This document shows, in pieces, positions 37,662 through 49,390 of a stretch of DNA of 64,000 bases. Both the position numbers and the translations under genes were made by a program. The DNA is from Antechinus flavipes (Eukaryota): contig NC_067400.1 in assembly GCF_016432865.1 (NCBI RefSeq), positions 246,264,001 to 246,328,000 of the forward strand. The letters run 5' to 3'. The first letter of the stretch is position 1; the number at the start of each line of letters is the position of its first letter. The notes beneath the pieces are model-generated. The model was not told where the DNA came from. It was given only the letters and a program-made list of their open reading frames with translations, and made no database searches.

Positions 37662-39019
37662 TAGAAATGAGTATCTGCCACTGTACCTATCACTCAACTG
37701 TTATTTTCTATTCAGAAAAAAAAGTATTTTTATGGATCCTTTGGCTTTTCAACAGAGATATTTTCAGGGGACAACATTCATTAAATTCCTCCAAAAACAT
37801 ACCTCTAAATAATTCATCTATCCTTTCCAGAAAGACACGCTCTGAATGTCACATCAACAAATACTACTCTTCCAGAAAGATTACTTCTCTCTTCAATAGT
37901 TCTCAGTAGGAAAAGTTAGCTTTTCCTTTTCTGCTATAAAGTTGAAAAACAGTTTAATGAGATAAAAAACAACTCTGGTTCTAATCTCTCTTATATGGCA
38001 AGAAATAAAAAATATCTAATGCCTATACTTTGTGGTGGTCATTTTTTTTAAGTCTTTTAAAAAGCTGGCTTAGTCCCCTCAAGGTCAGCTAAACTTACAA
38101 GTCCCAGTTCCTTCAAGTGATCCCCAGAGGCCCTGAACTACAGGTCCTTTTTCCAAATGGTCTGTACTTTTCTAGATGCTCAGTAGATTAGCTGAAGATG
38201 AAACATGCCCTAAGTAATGCAGATTAATGCCATTAATTTTCCATTTTCCTGAATTCTAGCCCCTTATGCCCCTCTTCATGAAATCTCAAGATTTCTGTGG
38301 GAGGTCTAGCTGTCATATAAAATATTATTGGATTGCTTTATCTTTTTGACTGCAGATGTGAGGGATTTAGATATCAAGAAAAGAACTACAACTTCAATTG
38401 CTGTCCCTACCAGTTTGATCTCATTTTTCTTCTGATCACAAAATGCATTTCTAAAATCAACACAAGAGAGGTGAAACCTGCCTTTTCTCCACTACACTAT
38501 CTCTGTTGATAACATTATTTTCTCCAACTCCCCACTTTCTGACACTCATTACATTAGCTAAGGTTTCAGAAAACATTTCACCTGTTTCAAAGGTACAGCT
38601 GGCTAATTACCAAGGTAAGCAATTCTTGACGCTTCCCAAATTCAGATTATCAGTACCAATTGTACTTACATATTTAGAAAGTCCATGGTTGTACTGAAGT
38701 CAATACAAATGACTCAGGCTCTTGTTTCTCTGCCTTTGAAAATCTTGTGTTCTGACAGAAAATTTAAGAGAAACTATTCTTTTCAGAGAACCCAGTAATT
38801 TCTTCATGCCCACAACTAATGGCCTCTCCTAAGCTTTCCTTCTTCTTCATCACAATTTAATTCTTGAAAAGGCTGGCCAATTTGTGCTCCTATAGAGCTT
38901 GGGTAGTCTACTTTCAGCCAGATTGCTCATTCCTGGTGGTCAAAGGTGGACAATTGGTTTGTCATCTAAAATCTATTGAGTGAAGTCTACAATTCTCTCT
39001 TTTCTTTCCTCTGCATTAA

Positions 39020-39063
39020 GATTTTCCCCTCTCTCTCTGTCTCTTTGTCTCTGTCTCTCTCAG

Positions 39064-39111
<48 letters not shown>

Positions 39112-39154
39112 GCTCTCTTTGTGTCTCTCTCTCTATCTGTCTGTCTGTCTCTCT
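39020..39154. repeat. Compound (CT)n/(CTGT)n microsatellite running into an N gap
   Basis: Visible CT-rich run before N39155-39384; a similar remnant follows the gap at 15066-15135. Confidence 0.9.
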
Positions 39155-40844
39155 NNNNNNNNNNNNNNNNNNNNNNNNNNNNNNNNNNNNNNNNNNNNNN
39201 NNNNNNNNNNNNNNNNNNNNNNNNNNNNNNNNNNNNNNNNNNNNNNNNNNNNNNNNNNNNNNNNNNNNNNNNNNNNNNNNNNNNNNNNNNNNNNNNNNNN
39301 NNNNNNNNNNNNNNNNNNNNNNNNNNNNNNNNNNNNNNNNNNNNNNNNNNNNNNNNNNNNNNNNNNNNNNNNNNNNNNNNNNNNAAGGCAAAAATCTCTC
39401 CTTAGCACCAGTTCTACATCATGAACTGTCTATTTGGGAATTTTAAATTGATGTCTCCTAACATCTCAAAACCCCCAAAACTATAACACATCTCACCCTG
39501 CTTCTTCAAAAGCAACTTATCTATTCAAAACTGCTCTTAAAATGTCTAGAGAATTGACATCAAACCAAGGAATCAGGTGGTCAGACCCAGAGAAGGCTTT
39601 GAGTTCTATTATAGAATACCTATCTAATTAGTTAGCAAAACTTCTTTCTCCTTTCCCAAAGTCTCTGCAATCCTAACACTCTTGCTACTTTTTAAAAACC
39701 CCATTTTACATCAGCCTTCACAAGACTCTCAGCAAGATCTTTTGATTAGTCTCCCTACCTCATTTGTTTTCCCACCCAGATCCATCCTCTGATCAACTGA
39801 TCAAGGGATTGTCCTAGACAATTTGATTCCTCTGTGTTATCCTTAATTCCCAATTGCTATACTAATATTCTGGTAAACTCCAGTTTCTTTTTGTTTTGTA
39901 CTGGTTTAATTAGATAACCCCTCTCTGGCACTTCACCTTCTTCATTAGCTGACCCCTTCATATCTTCCAAGACTGGGTATGTTTAATACTCCTCCCAACA
40001 TTTTGTAGTTCTGCCCCATGTAGTCCACCTGCTTTCACTATAACAAGCCTTTTCCTACTTCTCCTTGACTTTTCTCTGTCTGGTTGCCTACAATGCCAAA
40101 ATTCCTCTCCATTCTACTTCTCTCTCATCTGACTTTTAATAGTCCAAAAGAGTCTTGGGTTAAATCCTATCCAGAACATGTGACATTACCCCATTGTTCT
40201 AGGAGCTTGTACCTATGTCTCTGAAATCCCCTATCACCTCCCCGCCATTTTGTGACAGGTTTCTTACATTTTCATTGTCCTTAAAACTTTAGACTTTTCT
40301 GAGAACTCGGGATTCTGATGACATTTCTTTCTATTTCCATCCCTAAATGCAAAGTACAGGTGGAGTATAAACAATGCTTATAATGGTTTGGGAATGATAA
40401 TTAGATTACCTAATTCCATGCATTTTTCTCTCTACATTTATCTCAATTTCAATTTGAAACTTGCTGTCACTTCATTCTCAAAGAGAACTGTTCAAAAGAA
40501 ATAGAATTCTGAAGCACACTGAAAGAATCAGAGGCTAGGCTTTCAAGCTGTGAAATAAGGGCAATATCCCCAAAAGAAGCCTACCATGAAGACTGTGTAG
40601 AGCACCAGCCACATTAACTACATATGCTTTGGCAACATTACAATCATTTCTCATCACAGGAATGACATCCTTGGTAGAATCTTCATAGAGAAACATCATA
40701 TCAAGAGAAAACAATACCCTTAATGAGCTGGAGAAATTCTTCTTAAGCAGCAAACTATGATAAGAATGTGACTTTGCTCTTATAAATTCATTAATGGGAA
40801 TTATGCAATTTAGAATTAATGGACCACACCTCCTTCTGAAAGAG

Positions 40845-40851
40845 TATAAAA
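40845..40851 (+). promoter_or_regulatory. TATA box of copy 4
   Basis: TATAAAA 85 bp upstream of the ATG at 40930. Confidence 0.85.
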
Positions 40852-40929
40852 GTCTCCCTCAACATGTCCCTCTACACACTCACCCAAAGCAAACCCTGAC
40901 ATCCTTCCAAATCTGTGAAACTTGAAATC

Positions 40930-41157
40930 ATGAGCTACTACGGCAGCTACTATGGAGGCCTGGGCTATGGCTATGGCTCTGGTTATGGTTGTGGATGTGG
41001 CAGCTACCATGGCCTAGGCTATGGCTATGGCAGCTGTGGCTGTAGAGGCCTGGGCTATGGTGGCTATGGCTATGGAGGCCTGGGCTATGGTGGCTATGGC
41101 TATGGCTGCTGCCGCCCATCTTGCTGTGGAAGGTATTCTTCCTATGGCTTCTACTAA
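40930..41157 (+). CDS. KRTAP: HGT keratin-associated protein, copy 4 (75 aa; C2S, R27H)
   Basis: Five nucleotide differences from copy 1 including the TAA stop; TATA box and AATAAA (41463) intact. Confidence 0.95.
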   Translation: MSYYGSYYGGLGYGYGSGYGCGCGSYHGLGYGYGSCGCRGLGYGGYGYGGLGYGGYGYGCCRPSCCGRYSSYGFY

Positions 41158-41693
41158 AAAACTACCTGCTCCTGCCATGTCATGGAATCCTTCTGCAACC
41201 CTGCTTGGGATAATTCTATATTATAAGGACATCACATTCCATCTGCCTCTGAAGCTTGGTGACATAAGAGAAATACCAGAAGAAGTTTTGTCATATTAAT
41301 GAAACAGAGCAGTAAAGTGCCAGAATTCAAAAGCATCCAGACTCATTTTTCTGAGAATGATGCAGAATCTCAGCTGTCATGAAGAAGATGCCCCAACAAC
41401 ATTTCCAGCAAGTTTACTCAGCTCCAATATATCACAGCTGATGGGGTTTGTTAAGATTTTCTAATAAACTTATTTCACTGTATAACAAATTCTGTTTCAC
41501 CTCTCTTTCTTGATCTCCATCTACATGAGTGTCAGCCTTACACCACAAAGAAATGTTCAATCTTGACTTACATTTGTATGTTATTGCAGAATCTTTAACC
41601 TCCAATTCATTTTTTGCAATAATAGTAGAACTCTTCAGATTCCATTTGGAAAAAAAGTATTTTCTTACTTAAATGTCTTTAAAAATTGGAATT

Positions 41694-43446
41694 CTATTTC
41701 TGACCAAAGAAGAACTAGAGATCATTATTGATCACAAAATAGAAAATTTTTGATTATATTAAATTTAAAAGGTTTTGTACAAACAAAACAAATGCAGACA
41801 AGATTAGAAGGGAAGCAATAAACTGGGAAAACACTTTTACATTAAAAGGTTCTGATAAAGGCCTCATTTCCAAAATACATAGAAAATTTACTCAAATTTA
41901 TAAGAAATCAAGCCATTCTCCAATTGATAAGTGATCAAAGGTTATGAACAGACAATTTTCAGATGAAGAAATGGAAAGGTGATCCAAATCACTATGAACG
42001 AGATAAAATGAGATCTTTCAAGACAGTTGTGAAAATCAGTAAGGCTTCATCTATTTCAAAGTTTGAGTAGGCCTGAAGGACTTTAAGTCAAGGGCATACT
42101 TAAAGTGTCTCCTCCCTGATATCTTAAGGACATACTTAAAGTCTCTTCCTGCTATCCCCTCCCTGTTAGCCCCCTAAGGTCATACTTAAGTCCCCTTCTT
42201 GTTATCCTATTTCAGCCAAATATGGGCAACTATGTACTTGTTGGTCAAGTTCAATTTCTTGGATAGTTCCCGTGTTTAGAATGTAAGATCCTCAGCCAAT
42301 AAGGATGAGGGTCAGTGGTGGGAGGGGGAATTTGTGTTAGGGATAAAAGCGCCGACCCTTAACCCTACCATGCCTCCTCCCTTCGATTATCTGCTCGATG
42401 GGTGGGACGCCCGTTCTTGAGAATGTAAATAAACTTTGCTTTGCTTCTAGAGATCTATCCAGTTGTTTTATTAATGGTTTCTGACCCACACAACTATTAT
42501 TCAGAGAAATACAAATTAAGACAATTCTGAGATACCACTACACACTTGTCAGATTGACTAAGATGACAGTAAAAGATAATGATGAATTTTGGAGGAGATG
42601 TGGGAACACTGGGACACTGATACATTGTTGGTGGAACTGTGAACAAATCCAACCATTCTGAAGAGCAATTTGGAACTATGCTCAAAAAGTTATCAAATCA
42701 TGCATACTCTTTGACCCAGCAGTGTTACTACTGGGCTTATATTCCAAAGAAATCTTAAAGGAGGGAAAGAGACACACTTGTGCAAAAATGTTTGTGGCAG
42801 CCCTTTTTGTAGTGTCTAGAAACTGGAAACTGAATGCCCATCAATTGGAAAATGGCTGAATAAATTATGGTATATGAATGTTATGGAATATTATTGTTCT
42901 ATAAGAAAAGATCAAAAGAATATTTTCAGAGAGGTCTGGAAAGACTTACATGAACTAATGTTAAGTGAAATGAGCAGAATCAGGAGATCATTATACATGA
43001 CAACAAGAAGACTATACAATGATCAATCCTGATGAACGTGACTTTCTTCAGCAATGAGTTGATTCAAACCAGTTCCAATTGTTCAGTGATGAAGAAAGCC
43101 ATCTACACCCAGAGAGGGGACTATGGGATTTGAGTGTGGACCACAACATAACATTTTCACTCTTTCTATTATTGTTTGCTTACATTTTTGTTTTCCTTCT
43201 CAGGCTTTTTTTTTTCTTTCTAGATTCATTTTTTTCTTATGCAGCAAGATAACTGTATAAATATGTATACATATATTGGATTTAACATACATTTTAACAT
43301 ATTTAACATGTAATGGACTACCTGTCATCTAGAGGAAGGGGTGGGGAAGAGGGGGAAATTTGAAGCAGAAGGTTTTGTAAGAGTCAATGTTGAAAAAAAT
43401 TACCCATGTATATATTTTGTAAATAAAAAGGTATAATAATTTTTTT
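41694..43446 (+). mobile_element. 5'-truncated LINE-1 in the 3' flank of copy 4
   Basis: ORF2 C-terminal region and 3'UTR; direct repeat AATTGGAATT at 41684-41693 and 43447-43456. Confidence 0.88.
41995..42492 (+). mobile_element. Solo LTR (ERV1/gamma-like, 4-bp TSD) nested in the L1
   Basis: TG...CA ends; TSD ACTA (41991-41994, 42493-42496); CCAAT at 42296, GATAAAA at 42342, AATAAA at 42428; several CpGs retained. Confidence 0.85.
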
Positions 43447-44153
43447 AATTGGAATTATACTTAAATATTAGTACTCCATAAACTCCAGGTCCCATTTAAT
43501 TGAACTTATCCCTATAATTCATGGCTCTTCTCCAACATTTCATGGGCATAGTGACTTGATTTTTATGTTCAAGTTTTCTCAAGTTTCTATGTTCATTACT
43601 TCATGGTCATGCCTCATAACTTCCAAATGCAAATGGTCCCTAATGACTATGACTATATCAACCACTCTATTATCTTCTACCACTTTGTCATCAACCACCA
43701 ATGTAAAGTTTTAAAGCACAGCATAAAAAATACATACCACAAAACCACACACAAGAGTTATATCAAGCTTGAAGGTTGTTATAGAACCATGCCCTTCTGA
43801 TAGGCCTAATCTCTTCAACCAAATTACATAACCAGTACAGCTCCCAACATTGTCCTTCAGCTGAGATTCTCCTCAAAGTTCAGAGCCAGAGTATGGAAAA
43901 ATAAATAAGACACTTTCTTCCTCCTTGAGTTTGAGTAGTTGTTTGAGGGGTTTGAAGACATTCTTTACGAATTAGTCAAATTCCCACATGATTGGGAGGG
44001 CCTCTGCTCAAGGACAATGTTATGAGCTGTATTGGCTGTGTAGTTTGCTGGAAGAGATGAAACATATCAGAAGGGCATGGTTGTATGACCATCTTCAAGT
44101 TTGACATATGGCTCACTTGTACTGTGCTTTTAAACTTCATAATGGTAATTGAC

Positions 44154-44836
44154 TGTTGGAATCTTTACAAACTGCTAACTCATTAGAGTTGATAGATTAT
44201 TGATCTGATCTTACAAGAAGATGTTTTGGGCCAGAACCTGAAACAAGGTACTAAGTAGAACTAATTAATACAATGCTTGTGTTTACACCTTTACTCACTG
44301 GAATTCACAAGTATGGGAGATTCACAAAGTAAACTTTATAACTTTGTGAATTCACACCTCCCTTGAAGCTCTTAGGGTCAGAGAGCACTATGGAGAAACC
44401 CATAATCCCTCTCTCTCGCATCCCACAATTCCTCTCACTCGAATAAATAGAGCTTCAAAGGGGCCAGTCAGAAGAGTTTTCAGAGGAAGAAGCTACGAGT
44501 CGATAGTTCAACTGAAGATTGAGAAGACTCTCTCAGAGGCAAGACAGATTCAACTTGGTGCTGGCTCTGGAGGCTGAAGAAAGCAGAGGCAGAAGCAAAG
44601 GACAAAGCGGCAAAAGCTCTTGGAACTAAGCAGAGAGATAGGCCTCTCAACTAACCGGGCTATTTTGGAAGGAGAAAATAAACATTTGTATTTTTACCAG
44701 CTGGCTGCATTTGGGGTAATTATTGATCTGAACTGATACTAAGGCTGCCCCCAGAAAACTTCCCCCAAGAAACCTGCTTTCTCCTAGAGAGAACTATTTT
44801 ATATTATATATTTTAAAGAAGAAAAAGAACACCACA
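44154..44836 (+). mobile_element. Solo LTR, same family as 22951-23531
   Basis: TGTTGGAATC...CACCACA; TSD ATTGAC/GTTGAC; empty site is the reverse complement of ~11030-11035. Confidence 0.9.
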
Positions 44837-45635
44837 GTTGACAACAAAATGATGAAAGGTAACTGGAAATCAGTGGATTATTCCACATGCTGACAGTCAT
44901 CAGGGACTATTTGTATTTGGAAGTGAAAAACCATGGGCATGAAGTAATGAACATGGAAACCTTTGAGAAATTTTGAACATAAAAAGTCAGTCAGTATGCA
45001 CTTGGAGTGTAAGAGATAGATAACATAATATAGGCATAAAATTGTTGACTCTAGTAAAATGGGACTTATACATTATGTATTATGACATTACTAAATTTAA
45101 GTACTATAGCATTCCTATTTTAAATATGAAAATAAAATGTTAAAAAAAAAAAAAGGAATCTGGAGAATTCTGCTTTCATTCCAAAAGATGAATTGGAGAC
45201 TAAAGATTTTATTATACAAGTGTAAGTCAAGATTGAATAACTTTGTGGTGTGAGATTGACACACATGTAAATGGAGATCAAGGAAAAGTCATGAAACCAA
45301 TTTCATTAATAAGTAAAATAACTTTATTAAAAATTATAACAGATCTCTCAGCATGATATATAAGAGCTGAGTACACTTGCTGAAAATGTTGCTGGGGGCA
45401 CCTCATGACAGCTGAGATTAAGTGTCATTTTCCAGAAGGAAGGGTCCAGGTGCTTCTGAATCTCTGGCATTCACTGCTCTAAGTGTTTCATAGGAATACT
45501 GAGACTTCTTGTGGTGTCTCTCCTATATCACCCAGGTGTAGAAGCAGGTGGAAGGTAATGCCCTTAAAATGCCATGGAATCACACCAAGCAGGGTTGCAC
45601 AAGGATTCCAGGTAATTGCAGGAGCAGATGGTTTT

Positions 45636-45863
45636 TCAGTAGAAGCCATAAGAAGAATACCTTCCACAGCAAGATGGGCGGCAGCAGCCATAGCCATAGC
45701 CACCATAGCCCAGGCCTCCATAGCCATAGCCACCATAGCCCAGGCCTCTACAGCCACAGCTGCCATAGCCATAGCCTAGGCCACGGTAGCTGCCACATCC
45801 ACAGCCATAACCAGAGCCATAGCCATAGCCCAGGCCTCCATAGTAGCTGCCATAGTAGCTCAT
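45636..45863 (-). CDS. KRTAP: HGT keratin-associated protein, copy 5, inverted (75 aa; C2S)
   Basis: Two nucleotide differences from copy 1; TATA at 45942-45948 (85 bp spacing) and poly(A) signal at 45323-45328 on the minus strand. Confidence 0.95.
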   Translation of the reverse strand: MSYYGSYYGGLGYGYGSGYGCGCGSYRGLGYGYGSCGCRGLGYGGYGYGGLGYGGYGYGCCRPSCCGRYSSYGFY

Positions 45864-45941
45864 GGTTTCAAGTTTCACAGATTTGGAAGGATATCAGGGT
45901 TTCCTTTGTGTGAGTGTGTAGAGGAACACGTTGAGGGGGAC

Positions 45942-45948
45942 TTTTATA
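45942..45948 (-). promoter_or_regulatory. TATA box of copy 5
   Basis: TTTTATA on the plus strand is TATAAAA on the minus strand. Confidence 0.85.
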
Positions 45949-47650
45949 CTCTTTCAGAAGGAGGTGTGGTCCATTAATTCTAAATTGCATAATTCCCATT
46001 AATGAACTTGCAAAAGCAAAATCACATTTTTGTCATGGTTTGTTGCTTGAGAAGAATTTCTCCAGCTCATTAAGGGTGTTGTTTTCTCTTGATATGATGT
46101 TTCTCTATGAAGATTCTACCAAGGATGTCATTCCTGTGATGAGAAATGATTGTAATGTTGCCAAAGCATATGTAGTTAATGTGGCTAGTGCTCTACACAG
46201 TTTTCATGGTAGGCTTCTTTTGGGGATATTGCCCTTATTTTACAGCTTGAAAGCCTAACCTTCTGATTTTTTCAGTGTGCTTCAGAATTCTATTTCTTTT
46301 GAACAGTTCTCTTTGAGAATGAAGTGACAGCAAGTTTCAAATTGAAATTGAGATAAATGTGGAGAAAAAAATCATGTCCCTCAAATGAGTTCTTGGGGAA
46401 AAGGAACTTAGTACTCTATCTGGCACAGAGTAGAAGAATAATCAAATTTTATATAATGAAATATTTATTGCTTGAATTAGTCTATCAAGCAGTGGAGGAA
46501 CACTTATAAGTACTACAAGCAATGGACTTTATATTTCCTGTGATTTATCTTAAAATAAATGTATGCTACTCTGGTTATCACTTATAGACCTCATTCTCCA
46601 TTCAGCCAAAAGCATGGATATTCTTATGGATCCACTATTTTTTTCAACAGAGATATTCTCAAGAAATACACTCCATTCAATTTCTCCCAAAACAAACCTC
46701 TAAATAATTCATCAATACTTTCTAGGGAGACATGCTCTCAAGGTCATTTCAATAGAAACTACTCCTTTCAGATAGATGATTTCTCTCTTCTACAGCTCTC
46801 AATGAGAAAAGAGCTTTTAGTCTATGTAACAAAGCTGAAAATCAATTTAATTAGATAAAATACCACCTCTGTATTTAAGGTCTCTCACATAGGAATAAAT
46901 GAAATATGTCTAGTACTTGCATTTCATGGTGGTCATTACAAAAAGTCCTTAAGGAAGCTGACATCATCCCCTAAAGGTCCTCTAAACCTAAGAGTCCCAG
47001 TTTTTTCAGGAGCCTTGCAGGCCTTGAGCTGCAGGTTCTTTTTCCAAATGATCTGGACTTCTCTAGATGCTCAAGAGTTTGGCTGAACACCAGCCAAGCA
47101 CTGAATAGTGCAAGTTAATGATGGGTCATCACCTCTGTTTTCATGAGTTCTAATCCCTTATTTCCTTCTCCATACAATCTCAATCATACTATGATGTCCA
47201 CATTGTCTGATTATCATATAAAATGTTATTGGGTTGTTTTATCCTTAGACTGAGGTTGTAAGAGATTTAGAAGCCAAAAGAACTACAACATATATTGCTT
47301 TCTCTAACACTTTGACTTCTTTTTTTTCTGATCATATAATATCTTTTTAAGATGCATCACAAGAAGAAAAACTACAATCTGCCTTTTCTTCACTACCCTC
47401 TTTCAGTAGGTAACATTCTCTTCTGCCATGGACTCAGTTACTTTTTCTTTGACACTCATTATTCCGGCTCAGGTTTCAAATCAGCATTTCACCTGAACTC
47501 ATATTGGCTGTCCACCAATGCTTGATTCTACCCAAACTCATATTAGCAACATTCTCTGTACCTCCTCATTTTAGAAAGTTCACGGCTATATTGAAATCAA
47601 CAGAGAAATCTTATGGTTTCTTCTGGATCTCCTCTCATTGCCTTTGAAAG

Positions 47651-48638
47651 ATCTGTTTCATGGAGAGGGCAGAGAAGTTTAAAAAAAAAAAAAAAAAACC
47701 TCCTTCTATCCAAAAGTATAACATTGAAATGGCTCTGTGTCCAGAGAGAATTTATAGAAAAGCTCAGAAAAGATTTTAAAAATTAAATGAAACAGATGGA
47801 GGAAAAAATAAAAAATAAAAAATAAAATCCACCTAAGAAAAACAAAAAGATTCTGAAAAAAATAAAGTTAACCAACTAGAAAAGAAAATAAGGAGTCTTA
47901 AAGACAAAAATAATTCCTTGAAAATTCGAATTGGGCAAGGAGAAGTCAGTGAAGAAATGAAATAACAAAACAAAATTAGAAAGAATGAAAAATAGAACAA
48001 AATGTGAAACAACAGATGTGGAGAATAGGTCAAGAAGAGAAAAAAATATAAGAATAATTGGACTAGCTAAAAGTTATTGCCTCCCCCCCCAAAAAAAAAG
48101 TACCTTTACACAATAATGCAAGAAATATTCCAAGAAAATTGTCCTGGAGTAATAGAATATGGAGGGAAACTAGAAATAGATAAAATTTACCAATCACCAC
48201 CGCAAAGAGATCCTTTGTGTAAAACACATAGGAATAGTATTGTCAAATTTTGAAATGCCCAGATGAAAGAGAAATTTTTGCAAGAAACAAGAAAAAAAAT
48301 CAAAAATGTTGGAGCTACAAATAGAATTATACAGGACTTATTAGCAGCTACAATAAAAAATTGCGGGTTTTGAATTTTTATATACCACCAATCAAAAGAA
48401 CTAGGTCTGCAGCCAAAAATATCATATCCAGAAAAATTACCTATAATATTGAATGAGAAAAATGAACAATCAACAAATTTGCAGATTTTCAGGACTTTCT
48501 CTCAACCAAACATGAACTTAATAGAAAATTTAATATATAAGGCAATATCAAAGAGTAATTTTTAGGAAATGGACATGGACAAATTATGCTTTTTATATGG
48601 AAAACTATACCATATGTTTAAGATTAACCTCAGTAATT
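47651..48638 (+). mobile_element. Older LINE-1 ORF1-region fragment at a deletion junction
   Basis: Decayed ORF1 motifs (IIGL, IMQEIFQENCPGVIEYGGKLEIDKIYQSPPQRDP); no ORF2, tail or TSD. Confidence 0.75.
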
Positions 48639-48780
48639 GGGAAATGATGCAGAATATCAGCTGCCATGAGGAAGATGCCCTCAACAACATTTCCAACAAG
48701 TTTTTTCAGTTCTGATATATCATGGCTGAGAGATCTGTTAAAATTTTCTAATAAATTTATCTTGCTGATTAACAAAACTG
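48639..48780 (+). pseudogene. Orphan KRTAP 3'UTR (ghost locus; promoter and CDS missing)
   Basis: GGGAAATGATGCAGAATATCAGCTGCCATGAGGAAGATGCC...AATAAA(48750) is homologous to 41355-41470; downstream flank homology continues. Confidence 0.85.
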
Positions 48781-49130
48781 TTTTTACCACTCTTCTTGAT
48801 CTCTATCTACAGAGGGTGTCAACCTCACATTACAAAGAGTCTTTTAATCTTGACTTACACTTACATGTCACTTCAGAAGTTTAATTTCCACTTCATCTTT
48901 TACAATGAAGATTTCTCCAGATTTCTTTTGGGGAAAAAAAATTTATTTTCTTACTTAAATATCTTAAAATTTGAATTCCGCAGTATTAAAATCTTAGTAC
49001 TCCAAAAAGTCCAGGACCCATTTTATTAGTGTCAAAGAATTTAGCCTTATAATCCATAGCCCTTCTCTTATATAGTGTGCATAATAACTCGGTTTTTATA
49101 TTAAATTTCTCTCAAAGGTTTCCATGTTCA

Positions 49131-49260
49131 GGGAGCTAGGTGGCACAGTGGTTAGAGCACCAGCTCTGAAGTCAAGAGGAAGGACCTGAGTTCAAATCTG
49201 GTCTGAGACACTTAACACTTCCTAGCTGTGTGACCCTGGGCAAGTGCCTCTGAGGAAAAA
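49131..49260 (+). mobile_element. tRNA-derived CORE-SINE (marsupial WSINE1/Mar1-like)
   Basis: GGGAGCTAGGTGGCACAGTGGTTAGAGCAC (A box), GAGTTCAAATC (B box), CTAGCTGTGTGACCCTGGGCAAG core; A-rich end. Confidence 0.85.
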
Positions 49261-49390
49261 AGTTGTTCATTACCTCATCTTCGTGACATAACTTTCAAAT
49301 GCAAATGGTCCCTAATGACCATGAACATGTAGATTAATCCATTGATGTCTAGTTATCTTCCACCACTTTGTTATCAACCATCAATCTGAT

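Larger units (their letters stand above)
43874..46371 (-). repeat. Inverted duplicated block carrying KRTAP copy 5
   Basis: Reverse complement matches promoter-gene-3' flank of the forward units (e.g. 11220-11310); forward homology resumes at ~46372. Confidence 0.88.

Noticed and set aside
38976-39446. ORFs spanning N gaps and microsatellites (also 7343-7824, 26773-27027, 50618-51070, 63423-63686)
   Set aside because: Artefacts of N runs or simple repeats.
49131-49260. tRNA-like A/B boxes (also 57734-57885)
   Set aside because: They are followed by the CORE-SINE body and A-tail, so these are SINEs, not tRNA genes.
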